64,000 nt of DNA, taken from contig CM022669.1 of the NCBI GenBank assembly GCA_012295275.1, positions 14,694,001 to 14,758,000 of the forward strand, read 5' to 3'. Positions 1 through 14,401 of this stretch are shown here, piece by piece (the stretch's first letter is position 1; every line of letters starts with the position of its first letter). This DNA comes from Chrysomallon squamiferum (lineage: Eukaryota; Animalia; Mollusca). The notes beneath the pieces were generated by a model. It saw nothing but the letters and a program-made list of their open reading frames with translations. It did no database searches and was not told where the DNA came from. The position numbers and the translations under genes are program-made.

Positions 1-246
1 AATGTATTGCAACACTATTAATTACATTAATTATGTTGCTATCTTGCTATTTTAAAAAATTAAATCGTTCTCCGTTTATTTTAGACAGACTTCAATAAGG
101 TTTTTCTAAATTCGTAATTAATATTTTATGTAAAATTACGACTAATACGAGTTTTCCTTTTCTAAATTTAATTTTCCTTTATTAAAGTTCTCAACATATC
201 TCTTGAATTTCCGTGGAGATAACAGATGTTACTCAATAGGGGGAGA

Positions 247-262
247 TAATAATAATAATAAT

Positions 263-330
<68 letters not shown>
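247..330. repeat. (TAA)n microsatellite, representative of many (TAA)n, (CA)n, (GA)n and (TAAA)n tracts, e.g. 14346-14397, 28670-28890, 44900-44982, 52480-52531
   Basis: Seen directly. Confidence 0.9.
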
Positions 331-331
<1 letters not shown>

Positions 332-1838
332 GTTATATACCCCAAAAGCTGACATATCATTACTAAGAATATCAGTATTACAAGATTTATTACACTGAAA
401 TAATTTTATACATATTACAAATGGTATATGTTAATGTATCCACACTGCTTTCGAGTAATATAGCCTTCTCTGGCAAATAGCCATTTTATTGGCAATAAAA
501 ATGATCCAGGAATTAAGCAGTTAACTAAAAACGAATTTTATCACAAATTATAAAACCTATATATAGTCAGTAATAATAATAATAATAATAATGAAAAGTA
601 CCAGTAGTAGTATTAATGATATATAAATAAGTAAGTAAGTAAGTAAAAAAATAAATAAATAAATAAATAAAATAAAATAAAATAACAATATAAAGTCAGA
701 ATCCAAAACCTAGTGGTAATATAATTACTACTATTACCACCACCACTGTGTTACCACCATTAATAATAAACAAGAAACAGGATAGCAAATCATTAATATT
801 TTATTACACACTTTGTTATATAATTAAATATATCTATAGTAATACTATCATATAAAAGTAGTTTTAAATTATTCCATTACAATAAAGATATTCATAAACT
901 TGTCCATGATGTTTATGTTGAGCACTGTTTATCTGAACATATTTCAGGTTACTATAACCATGTTCACTGCCTATAAATACTTTTATCTAATTACTTCAAA
1001 TATAGTCTATAATGTTTTATATCATATAAATTTATAACATAAAAATTTAGCAAAATCTGTATAAATATGAGGTTATCAGACACATTACAAAATATCAAGG
1101 ACATTATAAGCATTAAGTTAGAAAAGAAGTGCTTAGATCATGCATGGTTTTCATAATAAAAAGTAGACATTGTTGGGTTTAAAAGCATGAAATAAACACT
1201 GCCTTATAAATTTATACATAGTAACTGATACATAGTAATTTATACACAGTAACAAAAACAGTGAGCTATGTTTAGTGACAAAATAAAAAATAAATAAAAA
1301 AAAAAAAAAAAAATTTAAAACAAGCTAAACATGCTTATGTTAAACTAGATAAAATGGTTTTAAAAATAAATGTTTAATTTGATATTTTATAATTATTTTT
1401 TTTTATTTTTTTTTTTTCATTTTTTTTTTTTTTGCAATTTTATATCTCTTGTTTAGAGCTATATCATATACCTTTAGAGCTGTATTATATACCATATGAC
1501 CCCATAAAAGAAGACCACAACCCAAAAACAAATTTGACTAAAATAAAGAAATGAAAACTTAGAGTCATAGAAAAATATCTGATAAATACACAGAATAATA
1601 ACAAAATAAATTAATGCATCTGAATACTTCTAGATACATGAAACACTTCACTAAACAACAAAAATAAAACAAAATAATGTTTAACAAACAGATGAATTAA
1701 TTCTAAATCTGAAAATCACCTGCCAGTACTCACTTTTGTACCCTCCCCACCCCACAAAATTAAAAAAAATTAATGTTAAAGATCCATCAATTAAATGTAT
1801 AGTAATTGTTATTAAAATTTAATAAACAGACAGGCATA

Positions 1839-1871
<33 letters not shown>

Positions 1872-4174
1872 TGATTCCCCCTCCTTTTTGTTTAGTTCTG
1901 TTTTTATTTTTTTAATTATTATAATAATGATTACAAAACACAGCAGAATCTGATCATCACAAAACAAAGCTAACCTGTAACATTATCATTTTAATTAACT
2001 GAAAAACAATCAAAACAGACAAACTTTTAATATTAAATGCATATACATCTTAAACAAGGACATAACTGTTCTAAGTGACACACACCAAAAACAAAACAAG
2101 AAAAAAAAAACTAAACAGATGTATTTTAAAAAACAAAATAACATGACATAACAATAAAATTGAGAATTTTTTTCCAATTAAACAACAAAATAATCGTTAG
2201 GCTATCTATATCTGCTATAATTTAATAATAATGTACAGTATATATATATATACATATTATAAAAAATTTAAAAAAATCGTCATGGTGGACTGGACAGTAC
2301 ATGTATTTTATTCTTAATCCCTTTCTTAATAGATATTTAATAGAAGTAATAAATATATTTTTAAGGCTAATGTTTTATAATTATGCTTATCTTTGTTTAA
2401 TGATTTTAATTTTCTGATTATTTATTGAAAGAAAACAAATGTAAAACAGTTTAAATGTGTGTGTGTGTGTGTGTGTGTATATTATGAATAAAGCTGAATT
2501 ATACAGGTCAAATTAATTTTTTTTTTTTAAATGACACATCATATATTCAGTCTTGTATAAATTGTAAATATAAAAAAAATAAGAAAGTGAAATTAACATA
2601 ATGCCATTTAAAAATAATATTTATTTTACATTATAAAACACCAGTTATGCCAAAAAGAACCTCCAAAAAATAATTAGTTTCTATATTTTAACACCAATAA
2701 GAACACCCAGGTGAAATGCAAAATAACATACAAATATATAGAAAAATTATTTACATATTATTAAGATACAGTTACATATTTATTTAACAAAACACTAATA
2801 ATAATAATAATAATTAATAAATAAATAATAAGTAAGTAAGTAGGTAAATAAATAAATAAATAAATGAATAAATAAATAAATACACTAAAATAAAATAAGT
2901 AAATTAAGAAAACTGCCCTCATAAATATTATTATAAAAGCAAATTGATGACATCACTGTATACAGGTTATGTAAAACAAAATTCAACAATAAAAAAGAAA
3001 ACAATCTGAGTAAATCTGCATTTTATATATATATATGTATACATACATACACACACACTAAATTAAGTGAACAGCATACAACTATTCCATTATATTATTA
3101 CTACACTAGTCACAGCAAATATTGTTTCTGTTAATTAATAAAGTAAATATTTTACAACAAGTAAACAAAACTTAAAATGTTATTCTTACATTATAGGTAA
3201 ACAAATAAACTACGAGATATTATTTTATTAATACAAACCACACAACATACTGTATAAACTCAAAATACATTACTTCTAATTTTAACTAGTAACAATGTCT
3301 AATTCTCCACTAATTAGTTGCATTAAGCAATAAGAAAGCAAATCAAAACAACTATCTTAATGCTGATTAAGGGTAGGTGCCACATATCAAATATATCCCA
3401 TATTTTTTTTTTTTTTTTTTTCTTGGCTAACTAATCTATTTTTTTTTGTTGTTGTTGTTTTTTTCTCCAATGTAATGAAACTCGTTCCTACACTAAAAAG
3501 TATTTCCATGATGAATCTTATTTCAAGGGTGACACACCTGTATCTAAGTTCAGCCTTTAATCAGTTATATTGTGATTGAACACACACACAAACACACACA
3601 CACACACACACACACAGAATCAGTGAAGATTCTTATATTTATTGATGGTGTTTATTAATTAATGTTCGTACACATAATTAAATTTATGTAAACACATTGT
3701 TATTTGAGCCCTGTGATTTTAGAAGTAATTAATTACCTGTCTTTTTACCTGAATGTAATTATTTCAGTACCACCTATTTTGATTTTTTTAAGTAATCAAA
3801 AACCTTTGTTACTTTTATTGTGCTATTGTTACCAATACCATTGTTATCATATTGCAAATATTGTAATTATTAATTAAATTGTAAACTGTAATTTTTAGAG
3901 TTATTTATAAAATAATTAACAAAATGTTTTATCAATATGTTAACCAGTCAAGAGAAAAACAGTTCAGTTAAAATCAAAGTTCTACCTGCTGACTTGTTTG
4001 TTGTGCATCATGAATAAATTTTGTGTTTTTCTAAAATCATACTGGTATTTACAAAATGATGTTATCTGTCTGAAAAATTATAGGAATAATAATAATAATA
4101 ATAATAATAAGAAGAAGAAGAAGAAGGAGAAGAAGAATCAATGCTAAAATTACAAAAATAATTTTCATCTCATG

Positions 4175-7100
4175 TCAATTATCAAAGCAGTCGAAATAAA
4201 AATATTTTTTTGTACGATATTCAGCTCTCTCAAAGAACCAGGTCTCAGGCATGGTGTGATAAAAGTCTCTTTCTTCTGCGCGAGAGAACAGCCATTCTGT
4301 TTTTGGGTCTATGTACTCATCAGTGAACTTGGCACTTCTCGGTTTTGCGAAAGTGGTTTGAGAAGTGTGCGAAATACTGGTGCGTTTCTCCTTCCTGCCT
4401 GCAGCCCTCTCGAACATCCAGTCTGATTTGTGCTCATCTTTGTGCTGTTTCCATCTGTTTCTGCCCCAGTCCAGGTACCACTCGTCTTGTTTCTCTGAGT
4501 TGTCGAACCAGAAAGTGTTGTTAGGGTTCTCTGAATCTTCACCATTCATCTGCCAGTAGATAGGATCCTTCTGTTCTGATTTTTCAGTGTCACGACCATC
4601 ACTACGGTGGTCAGACTTGTGATAGTAGTGATGGTGATGGGGATTGCCTTCGTGGTGATGATACTTGTTGCCACTGTGATGACGGCCATTTTGTCTGAAA
4701 TTGTCGTTGCTGTTGTACTGATGGTGGTCCTTCTCATGGTAATATAAATCTTCATCAGGTTGAAACTGCTGCTGGTGATAATTTGCATCATGTGTTTTGG
4801 TCCCGTGTTCTTGATTGTAATTTTCTGAAGACATTTTCTGATTGCATTTCTTGGTCTTTTTACAGTGCTTATGTTTCTTGTAATGATCTTGGGTGTACAT
4901 CTGTGGTTCCCAGTCCTGTTGCCAGTCCTGCAAGAACTGTACGCAAACTCTTAGATTTCTCTTTATTCCATCACGCCTGTCAGTCCACCAGCTGCTCTGA
5001 CAGACAAACCAAGAACGGAAATGTTCACTGAGCCAGTAATCAATGTCCCACCAACTGGCAAACCTACTGAACAAAGTACAGATTTCATCAATATCATCGT
5101 AACTCATATGCCTGTGCTTCTTTTCACTGATTCTTGCCGTCTTGTCCACCAGCTTGAAAAATGCCTTCTTCATCAGAGCCTGGTCCTTAAGACTTTCCTT
5201 TCGCATCTTATCATCCCATTCAGAACTGAAATCATCCCTGTCGGAGTGTTTTTCAAAAGACGTCTTCTTCCTCTTGAATCTAGCTCTATTTTCCTCTTCC
5301 TCATTTCGGCTGAAATGTCTCTTCATCCATTTAGATGTCTTTTTCCGAATCTTCTCCTGAAACCTCCTTCCCATGTCTGCAACCTTTTCAGACAGTCTGT
5401 TTGCGACTTCAACAAAAGACGGCTCGTATTTCTTCCAGAAAGATTTAGATAAGTTCTTCACTTGAACCCAGGTGTCGTGAATCTGTTTACTGACATTGAC
5501 CACGGAACTTCTGGTGTTGTTAAGCACTTTGCTTACCCTGTCTGTCCAGTGTTTGTGATCTGAACTTGTTTTACCTTTCCCATCTTCTGTGTGACTGCCA
5601 TCACCACTTTCATCTTCAAAGAAGGTTTTCTTTACACTATCGTAATTCTGCTGAACTTCACTGAAGAAACTGTCCTTGATCACTCTGACATTATCCACCA
5701 CCGAATGGCTCACATTATCTATTGCTGAAAAGAGTGATGTCCAGTTTACGTATTTACCTACAGAGTTATTCAAATGTGTGGAAAGAAGATTGAGACAGCT
5801 GTGGATATCAATTGCAGAGTTGTTTTTCTTTTCAGCTTCATAAAGCAGACGCCATTTCTTTGCTTGAACTTGTTCATGTTCCAGTTCTTGTGCCAGATGT
5901 TTTACAAGTTCATCGTGGATGGATGAATATGGTGTTTTTACTACAACGAGAAAAATAAAATAAAATGAGTAAGTAAACTGATAAATTACATCGATAAGGA
6001 AGTGTTAAAACTGAAATATTTTCATAAACAATAATCATTTTAAAGTCTCTAAGCTTAGTTTTAACAGCTTATTTCAAAGAATAATAAAAAATATTACAGA
6101 TATTTTTTTTTTTTTATGAATTACTAACATTAAAATTTCACTTTTTATTATACATTTTAAAAATATATTTCTGTAATTCTAATACATAAATATTCATGTT
6201 TATTTATGTAGTTTTTCTAAACAAAAGCATTTATTGGAAAATATCATTGTGTTTCTAAAGTTATGAAATAATAATAATAATAATACATTCCTATAGTTTT
6301 TGACTGAAGTGAAGATATTTTGTTTACCTTCTTCAGAGTCTTGTTTTGATGCCTCATCCTCTTCACTTCCCACAGTAACCCTCTCTAAGGGTTTCCACTC
6401 TCCCGTAGCAGTGTTTTTCTTGTATCTGTGTTGAACAATTTCATCTCCAAGGTTTTCATTTTCCAATTCAAGCTGATCGTTTGGATCTTCCAATGGAACA
6501 TCATCAAACATTTCATTCTCCTCTGTGGCATGCTGGGAAGATGCACATGCAACATTTTCAAGTTTGTTTCTCAGATCAGCATTTTCCTGTTCCAGCGATG
6601 CGGTTTTCTTGTGCAGCATGTTGCACTCACCCAACTGTTTATACTGAGATGTCACAGCTTCTTGTAAAGTAGCAATGTTGTTTTCTGAGATCATTATCTG
6701 AGATTTCAGTTGCTGGTTTTCTGCAGCTAACACATCATTTCTGTTTTCAACATCTTGTAACATGGATCTCAATTTCTCATTTTCATCTTGCATCGTGACA
6801 ATGCTATTTTCCTTTACTTTTGATTTAATATTCATTTCTTGGTTACTACTTCCTATTTTCAGTTCCTGGATTATCCCTATTGATTCAACCTTGCTGTTTT
6901 CTGCGAGCATCACCCTGGACTGGAACTCTGATTTTTCTTGTTCCAGTTTAACGTTCTTGAGTTCTACATCATGAAGTCGCGATTTCAATTCCTGGTTTTC
7001 GTTCTGTATTACAACTCTGGTGCTTTCTGCAAACTTCAATTGAGACTTTAACTGTTGTCTTTCTTCTTCGAGCTGCAACTTTTTCTGCAAGTAACAGACA

Positions 7101-10100
7101 TGAGTCAATATTATTTGTTAAAACATTACCTTACATCTCTTCCTCCTTTCTTCTAGAGCTCATGAGTTATTCATGTCTTTATAAATAAAAACTTTACACT
7201 GCCAGTTATTTTGTCATTTTTAACATTATGAAAAATTTTGAAAATAACAGACCAATACTCTTTATTATAATTTCCAGTTATTTCTGACTTAGTAATTAAA
7301 AACACATCATCATGATATTAAATAAAAATAGTAACTCCAAGCAAACTTTTACATAAAGACACTAATTTTCTCTTTATGACTATAAAAACAGAAACTTCTG
7401 ACATGCCTTCTCCCATTTAAGTTTCTCATTCCTCGTATTTACCTTTTCATAATCAAGATGCTTCTCCCTGAGTTGATTATGCTGGGACTGCAGTTCTGAT
7501 ATTAGTCGATCTTTTAGTTCAATCATTTCCTATAAAGAAAAGAAAATGTAATTGATATGCTATGTATCTGGTCTTAATCACTGATACACTTAGACACAAT
7601 ATCTCTCTCTCTCTCTCTCCCTCCCTCTCCCTCCTCTCCCTCCCTCCCTCCCTCCCTCTCTAACATTTTTTGAGAAGAGAAACATACTGATTACATTCAA
7701 AACAGAAGTTTCAGATACAAACAAGAATTCTTTCTGATGATGATGATGATAATAATAATAACAATATATTGCAAAATCTTGATTACATTCAAAACAGAAG
7801 TTTCAGATACAAACAAGAATTATTTCTGATGATGATGATGATAATAATAATAACAATATATTGCAAAATCTTGATTACATTAAAACAAAAAATTATATAA
7901 AGCAAAACAAATGGCTTCTGATAAATTACGGACATAAAGCATTATAAAGTATAATTCAGAAACCATAACTACAATTTTAAAGTTTAAGATATACAAAAAC
8001 AATATTTTCATATAAAGGTTATATAAATTATTCTGTACATCTGTAATTATGTTCAAAACAAATGTTTGAGACAACAACAAACAGATCTTTTCTAATAACA
8101 TTAACATAAAATATATCAGCAAACCTTGATGGTATTTAAAGACTGGCCAAGCTCCTCTTGCTTTGTCTGGGACTGTGCAAGTTTTTGCTGGAGTATCAGT
8201 AGATTATTTTCTTGAGCTGTATTTCGAGAATACCGTACTCGCATAGATCCTTAAACATAAAAAGAGGAACAACCGTTTAATTAATTTACTGATTAAATTC
8301 AGAAAATAAAATTATGTGACTTTTACATTTTTGAAATCAATACTATTATTTTTTTTTTTCTTTTTTGATAAGATTAACTGAATTTTTATTAAATCTTTTT
8401 CTAAAAAATTTTGGTTCAAATCGTTTTCTAACATATTATTATTTCATAGATAAACATATCCATAAACCAAAGAGTAGTTTTTATAAAGATGAACGACTTT
8501 TCTATTATTAATTATTTAAATTTGTAAAATAATAATGTTTACAACTTATTGTGCATGGTGCTGGTATGTCAATAACTTTCCTTTTGTTGTGTGTGAAACT
8601 AACAAATTTGTTTACCTTTTAAAAACAGGAGGAAAAAAAGAGATTCACATACCAATTGAATGTCCAATTCCAAGTCCAAGGGCAACAGATATAACCAGAA
8701 CTACGACAACATCAAGGGTCCAGTTGAGTCCACGATTTGGTCTGTGGACATATTGCCTAGCAACATCACCAGCAACAAGAGGTATGTCAGCAATGTCATT
8801 GACTGCAGACCAGTCTACATCATCAGCCAAGACATCGCCAGCATTGTCACTCTGGCTCTGATCACTTTCTATCCTGTCATCCATTTGTTCCGCATCACCA
8901 ACAGATTCTGTGTCAGCATCCCTTTCATCTTGTTCATCATCAGACTCATTTCTAACGTCAGGTTCAGGTCCTAACAAGAAAAGTATTTATTAATAATGTT
9001 TAAATATTATAAAATTATAAAAACATGCAATAACAAATAGGAGAAAAACATGTCCTCAATTTGCATTAAAAAAACATTCTGAATTAAATCCGTGTTAAAA
9101 ATTCTTAAAAAATATAGGTACCAGATCATATATCCAGCTTCCTGGAAAGTGGACTTTTCAGAAAACTAGCTTTAAAAGTGAATTAAATTGCTCTGTTAAA
9201 TATAAATTTATTCTATACTTTTTATTGTTTATACTATATTTTAAGTATAAATATTAATAACTTTATGCAGTAGAAAATAGTTGTATTTGATCCACAAACT
9301 TGTTGGATAAATGATCTAGTATCTCTATTAATGTTATAAGAATGAATATTAAGATACAACAAGCATTAGAAAGAGCCTTTTTGTTGTCTATTGGTCATCA
9401 GATGAGATGTAAAATAGTAGATTTTCAGAAATTCAGAATAAACTATCTTAACAGTTTATTGAAGATATTATGCTTAGTGAACCTTACAGCAAAACAGACT
9501 TGAAGTGTAATTATACTATCATGATACCTATTTGTATTTCACACACAGATTTCATCATAATATTTATTGCTACCATTGCCATTAGGTAAAAGAATTCATA
9601 CTGGGTTCCTGAGCCATGAAGCTGAAGCGAGAACTGACTGATGACACGGATCTGTCCATTGGTGGTGGATCATTGCAGGAGCAGATGGCAAAGCTTGTTG
9701 ATCTACCTCATCTGAAGCCGGATTTGAGTCATCTACATCAGAACTGTCAGATGATGAACTCTGATCCAAATGAATGAAATCAGAATCTGCAGGAATAAAA
9801 AAAAAAAAAAAAAATCAGTAAAATATTGAAGAAAATATTGTTCCTCTACAAAAAATATATAAAAATATAAAAATATCATATTCAGCTGAACATAGCAGAT
9901 GTTTACTTACTTTTCTGTCAACAACTGCTACAGTATATTTAACCTCAGTTGATTTGAATTAATTATAGAACATTTTAGATTTTCCTTTGTTTTATATCTA
10001 TGGGAAGATGCATATAAAAGATTGCTTAGTGTTATTAAGAAAACAGTTTGTGGACTAATAGAAGCATCAGTACCATAATTCAACAACCTAATATTCATTA

Positions 10101-11516
10101 GCATGAGAGTGCTGATATACTGTTAAAGAAACATTAATTCATTTTCTTTTCTTACCCGAATCACTGGACAAATCTAATGTTTTTGACAGCTGAATCACAG
10201 CAATAGTTTCCAGCTGTGGTAGACATCTTGACTGTTTTTCCAGGTCAGCCTGTAATTTCAGACTCTCTGGACTGTCTGGCTGGAAACAAACTGGACCCAC
10301 TGCTCCTCGGACCTGATCAGAGTCAGTGGCCAAAGATGACTCATTTCCCTCGAAACCTTCAAGTTTCCTATCTTCTTTACTTCCTAGATCAGATACATTG
10401 GAAGATATATCAGAAGATGAGCTACTTGTTGATGAAAGATCATCATCAATGCTGCCACTACAACTGTCTACTAGTAGGACAGGAGGATTCTGAGTGGACG
10501 GGACAACTCTCACTGGTTCAGCACCTGGTAAAATTAAGATATTATTTTTTTTTGCTTTTATAATTCATTCAGAAACTAAGATAACAACAGAATTGAAAAA
10601 GATGATAACTGAAACAATTTTTAACAGCAAAATTTATGTTGTTATTTCATTGTATATTCAGAAGAAGAAGAAGTGTTTTCATAATAAAACAATTAAAAAA
10701 ATGAATATTTATCTTTGAGAATAAATGATACATTAAAATATAAAGTATGTGTGTGTTCATTATCAGAACTGTAGGTATGTGTGTGTACATTAAGAAGATG
10801 AAATTATTTAAACCAAACAACAAATGTACTTATGATATTTGAGACTTGCTGTAAAATCATGAAGTTAATTGAAATTATGTTCCAAAAAACATCTAATCTT
10901 GTAGTTATCAAAAACATACCTGAACTATCTGGTGATTCCTCTCTCACATTTCTCAACAATCCCTCAGCTTCCTGTACTTTCACATAATCATCAGAGCTGT
11001 TTGAAGCTTTATCTACATTCTGAGTTTATCATAAAAAAAAAAAAAAAAATTAAATTAAAAAAATATAGAATAAAAAGTTCAATATTTCATTAAAACAGTT
11101 TCAGAAAACAATAAATAAGTCACACAGTGAATAAATAACGAAAATATCAAGACTGCACATCAAAACAAAACAAACAAACAAAAATAAAATAATAAATAAA
11201 ATAAAATATAAATAAACAAATAAATAAATAAATAAATAAAAACATCAATAAAAGGAAACAAACTGCTATACACTCTGCCTGATGAATACTGTTTTGAATA
11301 CACCAAATACTTTCATTCTAAAAATAATAATAATAATAATAATAATAATTTAAAAAATAAAAAAAATAACAAATTGAAAAAAATAAAAATAAAAATAACA
11401 ATAAAAATAACAATGAACAGAAAAATAAAATACAAAAAGACTTTGTGTACCTCAAAATCATCTCGAGTAACAAGAGACCAGTCGGCAAGACCATCTGAAC
11501 TTGATTCACCCGACAT
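4175..11516 (-). CDS. CCPG1: CCPG1/PBXIP1-like type II ER membrane protein (putative ER-phagy receptor), 9 coding exons, ~1257 aa if a 1-nt indel in exon 4 is corrected
   Basis: GT-AG exons: 11451-11516, 10920-11019, 10156-10524, 9602-9786, 8653-8970, 8125-8249, 7443-7529, 6328-7084, 4175-5940. The acidic N-terminus has a LIR-like motif (SSSDGLADWSLV) and FIR-like motifs (SSDDYVKV, DSDFIHL). A single TM segment (WTLDVVVVLVISVALGLGIGHSIG) is followed by a long coiled coil and a C-terminal region. This order matches the CCPG1/PBXIP1 family; orthology was not tested. Confidence 0.7.
7689..7880. repeat. 92-bp intronic tandem duplication
   Basis: GATTACATTCAAAACAGAAGTTTCAGATAC... starts at 7689 and 7781, with a partial third start at 7873. 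Confidence 0.85.
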
Positions 11517-11761
11517 TCTTCTGTTGATTACAACATCTAAACAAATACTCACAAATTATTTACATTCTTTTTTTATTTCAGAGAGATATCTGATAAAAAA
11601 ATATTTAAAAAATATTTACATAATAAAATTTGATTTCTTTATTTTTATCAATAAAAATAAAAATAAGAAAATGTTTTGGAATCACAGAATGTATTTCCAA
11701 CACACAAATAAGTATTTATTATATATACCAAGTAGTAAATTGCTTCTTTAAAGTGCATGTA

Positions 11762-11804
<43 letters not shown>

Positions 11805-12549
11805 TACGTTGTCTGTGAGAAAGTACATATATGCATAAAATCAACTTCCTGGTTTTGTGTATATAAGTTTTTTAAATATTATTTTCTAGTTAGCTAATGA
11901 CTGTGTATCAAAATCTTGTGTTAAGCAGCTACTAGAATGTTTGCAGAGAGTGACCTTGTGTTACAGCTATCTGTCTGCTTAATTGGGGAAAGTTTATACT
12001 AAGTAGTGATAATTATGAAGGATGAAATATGGTTAATTAATTTAATAGTCATGGCTACTAAGTACAGTGCAAATCAGACTGCTGTCGACTGCTTCAGTTT
12101 TTAGATGTCAGTGTGGTCTCTTAATATCTTTTTGATATGATTTCTCTCATTTTCCATTTTAGATAATATTTTTATGTATTAACAAATAAAAAATGAAAAC
12201 ACGGAAAATAAAAACGCGTATTGTGCGTGCACGTTAAATATCACTGTGAGCATATGGCATTCGTAAACAGTATGGTAAATTATAGATTAACATTTTATAC
12301 TTTGGTGCTGACACTAATATGATGTCATGGAAGGTGAAAAGTCTAATTCAGTAAATCAAGCAGCAACAGCGTTCTTTTCACTGACTTTCGAGTTTGACAT
12401 CTAACAATAACCCTGACAATAAACTAACGACTGTCAGTCTAGACATTAAACTGATATTGCAAACATACATCATAGTTTTAAAACTAGTTAAAAACAAATT
12501 GGAAATAACCTAACAAATCAACAATTAGACAGAATAAAGTATAACTTAC

Positions 12550-13689
12550 TCCAGTGCCTTCAGCTAAAACTTGATACGAAATGTTGACAATAACCAAACA
12601 ATAACATTAGATACGAAACTAAACGAAAGTTAGCTCCGGATTTTAATTACCTTTATTTAACACGATATTCATATACTGCTATTATATTATTATAAATGCA
12701 CTATATTCTAAAGTTATTGTATAGCTTCAGATAATATATTATAGTAGTAAAATAGAAATAAGAATTCATACGAAAATAAAGTCACTTATCTATTATGTCA
12801 TTTTTATTTTGATAAGCCAATCAATTACGAGAATAACGAGAATTACATCCAATGAAATACAGATTAGTATCATACCCGCAAGGATGGCAATTCCAAATCT
12901 ATTTTTAAAAGTGCTATCAAAGTAATTTCCCCAAAAGTTTAATTTTAATTTTATTTCTTTATTATTATTATTATTATTATTATTTTTTTTTTTTTTTTAT
13001 AGGTTGTTTTTATTTTATTATATTTAAACACTTTTTTCCTAATGAAATACTTTTTTGTTTGTTTTTCTTCTGTTTTGTGTTGTGTGCGTTTTTGGGGGTG
13101 TTTTTTTTTTGCACATCGGTTACTAAATAACATGGAAATTTGTCCTTAAACTTTCTTTCACATATAACCTTATTCATAAAACAAGTAACAATGAAACTAT
13201 GTTACATTTAACAATTATTATTATCTTAAATCTGTATGTAAAAACAGATTTATTTATCCATTTATTATTTCTCATTCCTGCTATCATGCAAAACGGTCAA
13301 CAACAAAAAAAAAAAAATGTATCTTAGCGTTATAATCAGCTAGTTTGTTACATTACTGTAATAAATATACTTTAATGTCAAAGGTTGGATGTAAAATAAC
13401 AAATAAAACAATAACTTTGAATAACATAATATATTTATTAGAAATTCTGCTCTGATGGACATTTCATTCAGAGACAGAGTAAGTTATTCCAAATGCTCTG
13501 ACTGTTAGACTGGTATTCCTAGGTATTCCTTCTAACTCACAGCTACACTGATAGAGATCATCTTTCAGTGTAGTCACTCTATAAAATATGACATGCGCAT
13601 TAAATACGGAAATGAATAATGTCAACTTCCGTTGTCGTGGATTAAATGTTATTTTTAAGGTGTTCAATTTTCAACAATGAAAATAAACT
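12550..13689. promoter_or_regulatory. Divergent promoter region shared by the CCPG1-like gene and PARP16
   Basis: A minus-strand donor (CTTAC at 12545-12549) marks a probable non-coding first exon of the CCPG1-like gene. CCAAT boxes occur near 12818 and 12849, and an ETS core ACTTCCG near 13625 lies upstream of the PARP16 ATG. Confidence 0.45.
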
Positions 13690-14335
13690 ATGTCCAAAGA
13701 TATAAGAAGCGAATTAAAAAACTTTGTGTTGCAACGAATAAAAGATGACCCTTTGGCAGCAGATTTGCAGTGGAGTTTGTTTGTATCCGCTCTTCAAAGC
13801 TATCGATTTGATACTGTTCTTAGACCATTCCCTCCGATGTTTTTAAAAAATGGTTCGGAAAAGGATATGAAATCATTGGTATTGACAATTTGGTTATAGT
13901 ATTGCATTGTACATTATTTAATCCAGTTAATACAGTTTGATATACAGGAATGTATCTAATAGCTAAATTTATCAAATCATTTTTTTAAATGTACAGTTCC
14001 TACAACTTCTGCCACAAGTCAGTTGTTCTGTCATAACGTTTGATAACTATTAAACAATGTATGCCCGTGTTGTTGTCGTGGCATTAATGATCTTTTCCCC
14101 GAATTAATTATTATTATTATTATTATTTTGATTTTGATTTTTAATTTATAACACTTCTGAATATTATGATGGATACACTATAGAATATTATGAATACAGT
14201 AATAATTTTTACAGAAAATATTCAATTGTTATATGATTATGATTATAATATTTTCATTTTTGATCACAGTAGGTAATCATTATTGAAGTTCTTAAAAGTT
14301 ATTTATGAATTATTGAGTAGCTTACACACTTTCTA

Positions 14336-14401
<66 letters not shown>

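Noticed and set aside
1-4170. Hidden gene or RNA gene in the first 4 kb
   Set aside because: Very AT-rich with microsatellites, no ORFs and no tRNA/rRNA-like structure seen; consistent with the CCPG1-like 3' UTR and intergenic DNA.
4172-5452. Several plus-strand ORFs (4172, 4365, 4783, 5021, 5142)
   Set aside because: Antisense shadows of the long CCPG1-like terminal exon, with no independent motifs or splice support.
12780-13660. ERSE/UPRE elements in the CCPG1-PARP16 divergent promoter
   Set aside because: CCAAT and CGTGG half-sites exist but not at the CCAAT-N9-CCACG spacing.
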